Positions 51,601-64,000 of a stretch of 64,000 nucleotides of DNA are shown here, piece after piece; positions within the stretch are counted from its first letter, which is position 1, and every line of letters begins with the position of its first letter. The stretch comes from Trichoplax adhaerens (taxonomy: Eukaryota > Animalia > Placozoa). The notes under the pieces were generated by a model, which saw only the letters and a program-made list of their open reading frames with translations, did no database searches and was not told the origin of the DNA. The stretch covers positions 2,966,596 through 3,030,595 of the forward strand of contig NW_002060950.1 in NCBI RefSeq assembly GCF_000150275.1, in the 5' to 3' direction. A program made the translations under genes and the position numbers.

Positions 51601-54600
51601 ATAATGCAAATTTCCAGATCAGTAATCATTTCAGCTATGACTATTAATCATAAGCTAAATTATAAATATTTTGTAACTTTAGAAAGCTTAAAGTTACCGA
51701 AAATATGAATTCATCACGATTGGCCAATACTTCGGCTGCTGTCACAATATCTAATGTTCCTGAATCAATGCATGAGGTGAATAAAGTACTTCGTAAATAA
51801 ATGCTCGGATTTATGTTATCTATGAGCAAAAAAGTTTATTCATCACAACCGAAGCTGTAACACAAGGAGATAATATAAGCGTCGTTATCCGTTATTGATC
51901 CGGAAATCTCCTTTGTAACTTGATATTGAGTAGAATTGCTCTTCCAATAGCTTTTTATTGATGTTATTGGTATAAGGCTACCTTATACCCTGCTGACAAT
52001 TTTTTTGATCAACGTGTATAATCTATCTGACTATTAGCCATTTTAGCTCAATTCAGTACTATTCAATCAATTTTTGTTAATAAATAATATCTTATATAGA
52101 GATTACTATCATTCTTTTAATAGATGAATTAATCGATTAATGAATATTTTAAAAACAACAACTTGGTAAAACCTCTGAAAATTTGTTAACCAAAGCAATG
52201 ATTTTCTATTATTATTCTACAGCCATAATTACCATTCTATATATACAAGAAATCTACTAGTATAATTTAAGTTTTACGCTTGGAGTTTGATAACGTCACT
52301 ATATATCATGGTATTTTTATCGATAACATCATTTGATCCAATTTCATCTTTATTATAATTATAGATGGAGCTCTTTCATTTGGCGAGTCAAGCTGGAATA
52401 GTATCGTGCTTGAAAATGATAAAATCTGATAAAGCGTAATAAGACTTCTCGCCTATAATGATTATTTTACTGCTTGTCTTTCATTCTGACAATTGAGCTA
52501 TTCATCTTATTATTATTATATTATGAAGATTACAAATTATATTATTCTACAATTTCTGACAATTTAAACCGTATATTATGTTGTAGTTTAAACTTCAGTA
52601 GTGTTACGCCTTATGATCAGTAGCATTAAAATTAAAGTTACTAACATTAATATTCTTTTTTTAGACATGTATTATATAACGGACAAGCCGGTGCTCTTAC
52701 TGCTGTACTATGTTTGGATGAGTTCGAGGTTTTAATTGAAGAACCCATTACTGTGAAATTTACTAAGAATGTTAAGTCTAAATTTCTTAAGCAAGAGGCT
52801 TCCCGACTTCAAAATCTCTTGAAAAGCGAACTTAACCATCTGCTGCCATCGACAATTTTGCCCAAAAATCTATCTGTGACCGAGGAAACAAATACTGTCG
52901 ACCAACCTGAAATTGATAATCAGAATGGAATTGAGCAATTAAAGCATGAATTAATGGAAAGTCAAAACACTCATAAATCTCACGAAGGTGTAGAAGGTGT
53001 AAGAGAAGCTATTGCACCTAGTAAAATAGAACACGAAGAGATAACCAACAGCGAAATGGATCATCAAGATATTGTTGATAGCAAAACGGATCATGAAAAT
53101 TTAGCCGATAGTGTTGCAGATCATAAAGATATGACTAATAGCATAACAGACCACGGAAATTTAGCAGATGGTAGGATAGATCATAAAGATACAGCAGATA
53201 GCGAAACAGATCATGAAAATTTAGCAGAAGATGGGGTACATCATGAAGATACGGTAGATAGCGAAACAGATCATGGAAATTTAGCAGATGATGGGGTAGA
53301 TCATGAAGATACGGCAGATAGTAAGTATCCGATAATTGAAGGTAGAATAGAGCTGAGTTATTGCATGCATCGAATTTGATTGCAATTCTGCTATTAATAG
53401 GTCTAAAGAAGTAACATCTGTTCAGGATAGAATTGAAATCTTCTTACGATTAAATTTACTAACACTACAATTTCTCCGGTATCTGATATAGATATGGTTC
53501 GGGAAGAATATGATGTACCCGAGAAAGTTTGCTTTCTTCTGCAACAAGTTAATCTAGAACAGAAGATCAGGGATGAAGGTTATAAAGCTTCATTTGAATT
53601 TGCAAATGGCAATAATGGAAGCAAATTAATAGCCTATATGATCGGTGGAACACATATTTATCTTACGGAAAAATTGTTTGCATTCTTTCGTGTAATCGAT
53701 GGAATAGACAATTTACCCACTCGAATAGGCAATTATCTCGCGCAACAGTCTGAAATGAGAGAACTTATTAATAAGAAATTCCAAGACGATAATATTAGCG
53801 CTGGTGTCTTCAAGATGAAGGATAGCACTTCTATTTCCATAGTTGCATTGGATTCTGAAGTCCATGAAAAGGCGACGAAAATTTTGAAAGAAATCTTCTG
53901 CGTAAAGTCTAAAAAATTCAACATTACTAATGTACCTATATCAGGGGATCAAAATCAATTTCTTACTCAACTTCAAGAAAGTATTCCCTTGTGCTGCAAG
54001 GTTCAATTGGAAGCTGAAATATCAGATAATAGGACTAAAACTTGCAATATAACTGCAACTGGCCCTCTAGTTATTGTTGATAAAGTAATTCAAGCTATTG
54101 CAGATAAAATAGAAAATGATAGGCTGATGAAGTTCGGCCTTAATATTAACCCTCCATTGATCATTGAATATCTACGGATGTATTTTCAAGATGATATTCG
54201 GAGATTGGAAAAGGAATTTAAATGTCAAATTGAAATGGTAGAAGTACTGGAAGATGATCCTGATATCAATGTAACGACTGCAAATATTCTTATCACACAA
54301 CGTCAAGGTTATAAAACAGCTATACATGATAAAATTCAAAGTATGGTAGCTGAAATTGTGGTGGAAAGAGAAGGTCCGTTCAGTAAGTATTCTAGACTTG
54401 GGAAATTTTTTACCGGTTGTCTAAGTATGGATGAGTTGGATAGATTAAAAGATACAAAGCCGTGCATTATAGCCATCGCTAGTAATGAAAATTATCGGTA
54501 AGCTATGAAGAACCATTTGTGCAATTGTAATGATATGGAAATTCGATTTAGCAGACGTCCAAAATCAGATAGGATCACAATTTGCAGCGTGTAGGATATT

Positions 54601-57600
54601 TATTGTATATTTATGAGAATCTTTAGCAGTAGAATTAGAGCTAAATATCTCATAATATACCGTGTATAATATTGTTAGCTTAAGCGATAGTCATCATACA
54701 CGCATTCGCCCTTTAGTAATATAATTAGTGCTAAATATTACTTAATATTCTATGTATACTATTAAAATGATATATGATATCTACGATACGTTCTTGTCAA
54801 TTTTTAGCTATATAAGTAGAGTTGAGTGTTACATAATATTCCTTGCATACTGTTTGCAGCGTTTATGGTATCCACTGCATATTCATGTCGATCTTTAGTA
54901 GTAAGCGTAGATTTGAGTATTTCATAATATTCTGTAAATACTAGCATTAGCAATTATTCCTATGCAAGTCTCTGTAATAAGCGTTTCTTTTTTCATTCCA
55001 TTCCAATCTTAGTGTGCTGTCACAGAGAAAAGGTAAATTTAATCTAAACTTACAAAAAGATAGACAAAAATCTGGTGTCTATCAATCTTCTGTGCTAAAC
55101 GCTAGAACCGCTCTTTCGTCAAAAACTACCACCAAAACTTGTTCTTCTATTTTACAAAATGAAAAAGATAAAGTGGAAGTCAATAATGTTACTATTAGAT
55201 TGGTAAAAGGGAGAATTGAAAAAGAAGGAGCTCAGGTAAATCAAAATGCCACAAATAGATCTATGTTAAAAGATTCTAACGCAAGGATAGGCATTTTGGT
55301 TACCGTACCATACTTGAGTTATGATATGTATTATGATAAAATTAACTGCATTTCAATTTTTCGTTTATGCTAGTGTGATACTATCGTTAATTCCATTGAC
55401 CTCAATGATTATGACCATGGTAACATTGCTAAAGCTCTAAATAGAGCTGGTGGAAGTTCCTATCTTACAGAATGTCGTTCTCAACTAAGATCTCTTGCAG
55501 TGGACAGTATTGGTTATACAAGTGGGTTCTATTTTGGTTGTAAAGCAGTATATCACATTCCATTCTTGAGCTCTGACCGATCATTACTGGTACGTGGAGT
55601 ATGCAATTGAGATTGAATTTATTGTATGAGATTATGATAGTGATAAAATTAAAATTATATATTCAGTTGCTGCACCGATGCACGCTTAATTCAATACTGA
55701 TCGATATACGTGTATTTCTCCATGATAATATTTTAGTGGCTTAGCAATCGTGTCCAAAACTGTCTAGTAAAAGGAGCTGATGAACATAAGCAATCCATTG
55801 CCATACCTGCTATTGGAACAGGTGAAGCCGGCATCAATATTGATGAGCTTGCGAAGGAAATGATAAGAATATCAGTTGAATTTGCTCTTGACAGACCAAA
55901 ATATCTACAAAATATCAGTTTTATCATCTATCCAACCGATGTTAAAACTCTTGATGCCTTCGAGAAAGCGCTAACATCTGCTATCCCATTAGCAAACCAA
56001 TTACTGCATCAAAAAGAGCTAGTCCATAAGGTTACAAGTTCGCAAAGAAGTATAAAATTAGAGAATGAAAGTAAATCGCTATTCTCTGCTCAGTATGAAG
56101 CTAATAATAGAAAAGTATTTGTGGAGGTCTATCAATGCAACGCTGATGATTTGAAAGCAGACGCTGTCATGGATGTAACAGCTCTATGCTCTGAGCATAG
56201 TTATTCAGATTCCCTTTCAGAAACTATACAAATTGCGAATGATGGAACGCATACATCACAAACTTTACAAATCATACATATATTAGGTTGTAATCTCTAT
56301 CGGGTTTGCATTTACGATTGTTTGGTTGGTGTTAAGACTGTATTAGCTTGTATGAATGCAAACGATGAAAAATCCGTGACAATTCCTTTGTTAAGTATTA
56401 ACATGGATGCTAGCCATATTGATAGCCTAGTAGACAGTATTAAGGAATTTATAGTCGATCATTGTGAATCTGAAATTAGTATAAGGCGTATTAATTTTGC
56501 TATTGGGTATGATGATCGAGCTCGAGAAATAGCAACGTGGATGCAACAGAAAATCAAGAAAGAGGCTTTCCCGTCTGGATGGAAGATTACGAACAGCGTG
56601 CCAGTTCTAGCATCGGGTGTGAGTATACTTTATGTTGCTTCAGATAAAGCTGTATTAAAGCGTTTAAAATCAAAAATGAATGAATCCATGGATACTTGGT
56701 CGCATCGCAGGATTTCTAATGAAGATTATTTCCAAGTCATTGATACAAATTGTTGGTATCGACTCGTATTACGATGCTGGTCGGAGTTTAATACTATTCT
56801 AAGCAGTCAAAAAATGAGAAAAATTGTAGACATACAGGGATTGGAAAAAGATATAGTCAACACTATGGCTATTATCCATAAACTAAGTAAGCAATATTTC
56901 CTAGGGGAAATATTGAACAGTGAGCAAAAATTTGGATTGGATATTTCCAAGTGGTACGCAAAAATTGGTCAAACTAAATGGAAATTCGATTCCAACTTAA
57001 ACTATGAAATCGAAAGAAATTTTAAGATTTACGAGAAAAATAAAGCAAAAAAGAATTTTTACGTTGATTCAGAAACTAAAGTGATCGATTTTGAGAATAT
57101 GCACATTAAACTCGATGATAATGAAGAATTTCCAATAGGAAAATTTTCTGCAGCAGGTATTTCACAACTCTTGAAACAAATTGCACTTAAGAAGTATTAT
57201 AGCGAGTTTTAGTATCTTTTGTTTAGCAGCGAATACAGATATACAGATAGGAGTTAATGGTCAGAATATTTTTTTCATCAGTTCGAGACCTAATATTAGT
57301 CCTTGAAATCTTTGCATTTTCATTTTCAAACTTATTATTTAACAAAGTATACTTTAACTGTCTACCATAACTGTAAAATTAGGTATTGCAATTCCTATAC
57401 CCAATAATTGGGAAAATGTGTCAGAAAATCAAATCGAAGATGGGTATTTTAGCACAGTTTATGTCACAGACAGACAGGAAATAAATAAAGTCGCTGCTAT
57501 GATAAAGGCAAGTGCTCCCAAATATTGCGTTAGTAGATTAAGAAGGGTTCAAAATTGGAATTTGTACCAAAAATATCAAGCCATGAAGGCTGATGTGACC

Positions 57601-58165
57601 AAAGCAATACAAAAATACAAGCCTGGAACTCAAGCTGAAAGATATTTATTTCACTGTACTAAAACAGAATACGTGGATAAGATATGTCAAGGTGGTTTCA
57701 ATAGGGATTACTCAGGAAAATCAATTGGTTAGTTAAATGATAACTACTGCTATAAACGCACAAGAAGATAATCATAACTAGTGTGGTAAATAGGCGTAAA
57801 GTGGATATTACACGGTAGTACTTCTTAGCTACTTAGAAATTAATGGTATACAACTATACATGCTTTTTTTATTGAATTGTATAGGCTCAGTATATGGTAC
57901 CGGAACATATTTTGCAGTACAAGCTCAATTATCATTGAGTTATGGCGGTGGTTTAGGAAATCATAGATTGCTACTGGTTCGGGTTTTAACAGGGATCTAT
58001 GATGATTCAGTAGATCGAAATAAACCTACTTTGTCAATAATCCCTGGGAGTTCAGGGGAACGCGTCCATTCAGCTGTAGATCACAAGAATAAGCCTCGTA
58101 TGTTTATTGTCTTTAATGATAATTCTGCGTATCCCGAGTATATTATTGAAGGTAGAGTCGAATAA
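48688..58165 (+). CDS. PARP14-like: Macro-PARP paralog 5 (PARP14-like), intact, ~1559 aa, with His/Asp decapeptide repeats and an FHCT variant motif
   Basis: Exons 48688-48701, 49872-49923, 50833-50924, 51308-51517, 51683-51776, 52365-52435, 52665-53320, 53492-54497, 55013-55235, 55374-55589, 55737-57156, 57383-57727, 57885-58165 (4680 nt, in frame). ART LFHCT / YGTGTYFA / PRMFIVFNDNSAYPEY. Confidence 0.92.
53029..53320 (+). repeat. Coding minisatellite, ~10 x 30 bp (DHxD/NxxDxxx) with 60-bp higher-order period
   Basis: DHQDIVDSKT DHENLADSVA DHKDMTNSIT DHGNLADGRI DHKDTADSET DHENLAEDGV HHEDTVDSET DHGNLADDGV DHEDTAD. Confidence 0.95.
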
Positions 58166-61100
58166 ATTTGATCGTATGATGGTGTATCCGTATTAAATAT
58201 CCGCATATCAGATGTTAAACTAGCATATACAAAAAAACCAGTTTGCTCTTAATGTGCTCGCGTAAATATCTAATAAGACAACGAAGGAGTAATTTTGGTT
58301 ATGGTTGTGTAAATATCAGAAGTTTGGATGTCAAGTACCATATAATTACTTTTCGGTAGTAATAGAAAGCAAGTTTATAAAGGAATGCATGATAGACGCA
58401 AATCGCTTGATTGCGTTTGATGTATTAGCATTATTGTTTAACAACATTAGATTTCAGAGTAATGAATTTAATTTGCAAGTAATTTTACCATTTAAATATT
58501 GGATTTCCTTGACTCATTACTCAAATACACTAATAGTTATGTCGTGGATGTACTATGTATGCGTATATAAATTATAAAATTATTTTGATGCTATTCAATC
58601 TATAAATAAAATTGCTGAATTGAAGTGAATGGAGATTAATTGATATATAGCTCGAAAAAGTGACCATTGGCCTACCGAAACCTAAAAAAAATGATATAAG
58701 CTCTAACGTATTATACATTATATGATATTTTTAAAGCGAAAAAATTAACATCAAGCTGTTACGATAGTTACTCGTTTCTAAATTCTGGTACTGCATTCAT
58801 CTTTCACGATTATACGTCAATTAATGGAAACTTGTCGAATTTTATGTTCTTCTGGAAAGGATTTCTTGATTTAACAATTTACAAAATTTGTTTATTTCTT
58901 AACTAAAATTGAAAGTGTTATAAAATATACAAAAGATTTTTGGCTTGATCTTATAGCATTTCTTACCATTTAATGAAAGTATGAACGAGAAGCTTATTCT
59001 ATTCTTGCATAATTTTAATTATAGAAAATCAAAATATAGCGAATAAGTAGAACCTTGAACCTCTTACAAGTCCAAAAGTAATTACATTAAAGAATTTTAT
59101 TGGTGATTGTTTCACTATCATTCGGATTTCGAGCATATTGCATGAGTCTATAGCAATTAAATATTTAATCATTGATATCTGTAACGAGATCAAGAATCTG
59201 AGACTTTGAGCTTTCCTTTAGTCTCCTTTATTGGGAGCACATGCCAAGCGCGATATCATACACACGTTAACGAGACGTAAGAACTGCGACAACAGATCAG
59301 CTCTAGTACGAACATAACTTTAATACCATATCCTAATGCACGTGAACATTTGTAGCATGTGATCTTAATCTAGTACAGTAAATAAGATGTAAATAAGCCG
59401 TAAATAGTATTGTACGATATCTAGGATTCCCCACATTCTATGGTGGGTACACTACAAGGTAACAAGCAGTAGTTTACAGGACAGGTGATGTTACGATAAT
59501 ATCAAGAATGAAGCTTTACTGCTGAAATTCATTTTTCTGATTGTTTGCTTCTGCCAATCTTGGCAATTGATTTACACTTTACAGTTTACCAAAAGAGCTA
59601 ATTCCGTCCTTGGCATGATTTTAATTGGGAATTAATTAAAAAATAGAGTACTGTAATACGTACCGTAAACATCTTCCTAAATCACACACTTATGTAATCT
59701 TACAATCTAGCGTACAATTTATTAATTTTCGTGCAATGCCATAATCTTAGTTTCGTACTTATTTGGAGCTGCACTACAACATCATTTTTTATATTATACT
59801 ATACATGAATCAGAAATCCTCGGTTCTCCATCCTACACAATAGGCATAGGTGGAAGAAATTATAGAATAGAATCTTAATCTTCTTAAAAGTCCAAAAATG
59901 TATATTTTGTAACCTAGAAATGTAAATGTGATTGCTTTCGAGAACATAATAGTCGACTGTTTCACCGTTATTCTTATTTTGTGCATATGGCATAGTATCA
60001 AATGATAACCATTGATACATGCTTATCTACTACACACCACGTATACAGTATGCCTTTGCATGAATTCACTATAATTAATTAAATAATTATTGGTGTTAAA
60101 AATTCTTTAACGGTTGAAATTCATTTTCTTAGTTATTACTTAGCAAATCACTTGCAGTTCTATTGTATGTTTTGTAGACAGTTCATGTTGATTTTGCACA
60201 ACTGATGTACATACGCGAACCCATGTAGACGAGTAAAAATTTTGATATGCATCACAACGAGCTAATGTATCATGTTAGCTTACTATTATTGATTATATGT
60301 GGATTATAAATGATTACTGGTTCAAATACAAGTCAATGCCATATCTGATTTTAAATGATGGTTGATTACGAAGCTTGGTAGCTAGATAGGCAGCTTTCGA
60401 GTCTGCGTTCTATCCAATTTTCTGCAACGTCAGCGAATATGATAAAAGCACAGTTTGTCCAATTGCATGGCACAATCCTATTGGCTAATATTTCAACATG
60501 GTAGTTTCTCTACATCACTTATTCATTATTCGCAAAAATTTTATTCAAATTTTACTAGCTCGGCGCAACAATAATACTTTCTCTGTAGTCTATATTGCTC
60601 AGCACTTATTATTTTACTGCACATTACGTTGTTCTGTAGAATCAAATTTTAATTCGTGCAGTCAGCGTCTCAATAAAATGCTAGTAGCCATCGTTAATTA
60701 AATTTTGAATAGCGACATTTTTTAATTTTGATGTTCTCAGGCACTTGGTGTAGCACTGCAATAAGCACCCCAACTTTAATACTCCGATCAATAACTAGCA
60801 TCGAAGCAGTAGCTAACTTAACATAGATTGGACTCAAGTTATTACCAATGGCTATGACCATATGTACTTAATAGATATTAACAAATTACTTTGTCTTATT
60901 AATAAAAATTATTCACTAGTAAAAACAATAATCTACACATATCTAGAGGTAAATTGCGATCAAATAGGGCGCGGTAGAAGTAAGAAATGATTAATAAGTA
61001 ACTAAAATCGGCACAATAAACGCCAGTGAAACTTTTAATTTTTCACAATAAAAAAGTGACCATTATTCGTCGTTTTCTAAGTACTAGAATGCTTATAATT

Positions 61101-61559
61101 AAAGAATTTATTAACTGTTGAAGTTAATAGCATAATTCTGATTCCAAAAAGGTAAGGCGTGGTCTGTAAATTTCTTTCTTCTCTCATCGGTGTAAGTCAA
61201 TAAATCCAGTTTTTGTTGTTTTAACTATGCACAGTTTTGGATTATTACGGAAAGTTAAAAGTGTACCAGTTGTATTTGTTGCATCACGTTTCGAATGTAT
61301 GTTTCTTTCTATCTGTTAGACTTAAACAAGATTTTACTCCGAAATTGTTAGTAATAGTTCTACAATATACAGTAATTATTGTTACTTCGGCAAGCGAACA
61401 TTTTTCAGAGATTGATCATTGACAGAGTTTATTAACTCTAGAAGTTCGATTTGTCAAACTTAATGGTGCTTTTCACTAGCATGTATAATTTGTAAAACTT
61501 AAATTGAAATTTTTAGGAATTACATTTTTAAATTTTAGCTCCACTGTTTACTACGAAAT

Positions 61560-64000
61560 ATGTCTTCGTCCAGGTAAGGTTACTATAGTACCTACTTGAT
61601 TGCAAATATCGGACCAAATTAGGCTACTTAACGACTTATTGCATTGCAGGTCTTAAATTTAGTTATTAATATTTTACAAATTTTATCCATTTTCATGCAT
61701 CAAATAGTTTGATAGCTTAGGTTTTCAATTATTTATATATTTATGAATCAGAAACGTAATAGCTGAATGATTTTATTTTTAAGATAAATTTCTAAGCAGT
61801 TTTCTTTCACCTATACGTCATTTTATCCTCATATTACAATCACCTTCCTGATAAGGTTTATTTGTATTAATATAATTAATATCCAGTGTTATAGCTAATA
61901 GAAGAGAAAATAGCGTATCAACTCCGTCGGCGTGATTACTACAAGTTACAACTAGCTATAGTTAGTAATGCTTACAGATATAAAGAAATTGTCACTACCA
62001 CAGTAAATCTGTAGAAGACAAAATTATATTTTAAAATAAACTTTTTTGCACGCTATCTTTTCAAGACTTTACAATTGAATTGTAAAGTAGATTAAACAAT
62101 TTTACATCTTTAAGCAAATGTATGATTTTTGTATACCTTAGTCCAAATTCGTATGTTTTATACGCCTATGGAATAGAAGACCATGTCAGAGAGGTATTAT
62201 ATTATGCTTTAATACATAGCAGAATATATTGAACTGATTGAATGCAACTACTGAAAGACTTTTAGAACGAACAACCAGATAATCTAATGCCGCTTGCTTT
62301 TATACTCTCCGCAGCCTTCGCAGCTGCATACTCTAGCATAGAGTCAACAATTAAAATCTGTTATTATGGGCTACTAAATATGTCGCAAGATAAATATAGA
62401 AACGATACTACCGCACATCGTATTAAACATGACTAATAGCCTACACTTACAATACATAGTTACTTTACAATTACATATTCTGTATGGTGTATTTTAAAAG
62501 TTCTAGTTAGGCCTATAATATAGTAAGTGCTGATAATAATTTTCTGATTTTCGTTAATAAGCACTGCTCATTATGTTTCTTAGGCGTTTCTAAAGAAAGT
62601 TCGTGAAGTAAATAGTAATGCTTCCGTTAGCCTGACCAGATATACATGTAGCAGAATGAGCAACTGGAATTTTGCGTACGTAAGAAAAATGGAAATTCGC
62701 TACGACATTGCTAAAAAATGACATTCAAAGCATTTAAGCTATATCTATCTCGTAGCTTATACAAAGAAATATTGCGTACATATGAAGACGTAGTTTCATT
62801 TCCTCAATATTAAAATCTAACTAAATCCAAAACCATTTTAAATCCTATAATATCAAATATTATAGCTGTATCTGTTTAATGATGTAAGGGATTTCTATAT
62901 TAACCGGTAACATGAGTTATTGACTATTCATTTGTTCGTAATCGACATTTAGGGAATTGAGTATACCAACGCAAGCGGCCGCTGTTAACTTGATGGCTGC
63001 TTTTAAAAGTTTAGGACCTGGAAATAATGGCCTAGGATTAAGATTATTTTGGCCTGAAGAAATAGAAAAACAAAGGTTGCAAAAATTAAATAATAGCCAG
63101 CTAAACCTTTTATCTTCATCATATAAAGGTGGTTGCCCCTGCTTTTACAACGCCATAGTCGAAGTTCGGTTAGGGCAATTTCCTGATTTATATCATGTTA
63201 AACGTCTTCTTTATAGGAAATTTACCACTAAAGTTGTAATTTTACTGATTTACTATTTAGAAAGATACAGGCTATGAAGAATATAAACAGTGTTTCATTG
63301 AAACCCATTAAAACTGCTATCATAATATCTGATCTTCCTGCACCATTGCATAAGGTTGATAAAGTCCATCGTAGTGATCTATCTCAAATCATATTATTAG
63401 TTAATAAAGTATTACAAAATTTGAAATATTTTTTTTGTTGATATCGTCTTGATCTCTATCCAACTCATCCGCAGATTGAGCTCTTCCACTTGGTCAATCA
63501 AAGTGGCTTAGTTACTTGCATGGAGATGATGGAATCCAAGAAAGCGTAATAAATGAGTCTATTTAAATGGACTAGTAATATACGTATTTATAAGTCGCTC
63601 TTATAACTACCAAAATAATTTCTATTGTTTGGAAATAAACTAATTATGATTTTAGTTGGAGATAGCATCTTACCGTAGTCATTATAAAGTATTAAGACAA
63701 GTTAATTAGTATGCTTTTAAGTACTTTGGGATTTTTTATAGTTAGTCTGATGAAACCTTGATGTCTTAATTTTTTGACCTTATTAATCATTTGATTTCTA
63801 GATTTGCATCTTTAATTGAATTGCTTATAAATCATTTAGTCTCTAGTTCACGATAATTTCTATATACCATAATATATCATTTTTGAGCAATGGCATGTTT
63901 ATAATTATGATGAAATAAACATATATTATTTCAAGCAAGATATATTATGCTATACATACTTAGTGTTTCTACTTTTCTATTAGGCGCGTAACCTATCTTG
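61560..64000 (+). CDS. PARP14-like: Macro-PARP paralog 6, 5' RRM exons only (continues beyond the window)
   Basis: Exons 61560-61573, 62142-62193, 62584-62675, 62953-63168, 63261-63354, 63475-63545, 63984->64000. Sizes 14/52/92/216/94/71 are identical to paralog 3, with VLYAYGI, LRLFWP and IELFHL motifs. Downstream domains are not visible. Confidence 0.85.
62240..62470 (-). repeat. Internally deleted repeat family A copy in intron 2 of paralog 6
   Basis: caactactgaaagacttttagaacgaac joined directly to actctagcatagagtc..taaacatg.ctaa. Confidence 0.7.

Overview
This is AT-rich (roughly one-third GC), intron-containing eukaryotic DNA. The compact gene style suggests a small early-branching animal genome such as a placozoan, which is inference only. 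The whole window is a head-to-tail tandem array (about 12 kb period, all + strand) of at least six paralogous multi-exon PARP14/PARP9-type macro-PARP genes. The shared architecture is RRM x2, variable linker, KH-like repeats, two divergent macrodomains, KH, WWE-like domain and an ARTD catalytic domain. I reconstructed exons by hand from GT/AG sites, phases and cross-paralog alignment. Copies 2, 3 and 5 give intact frames (about 1553, 1477 and 1559 aa) with H-Y-M or H-Y-L triads, so they are predicted mono-ADP-ribosyltransferases. Copy 1 is cut by the window edge, has a 1-bp frameshift and an N gap, and is followed by an orphan catalytic tail. Copy 6 runs off the right edge. Copy 4 is the outlier: it has no RRM exons, starts with MGNVLCCLPC (myristoylation/palmitoylation-type motif), has a pseudo-catalytic ART domain (YHRID, YGKGTPF), and has an array of duplicated splice acceptors in front of its ART exon. 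Spacers and introns contain a Gypsy-type LTR relic, dispersed repeats and minisatellites.
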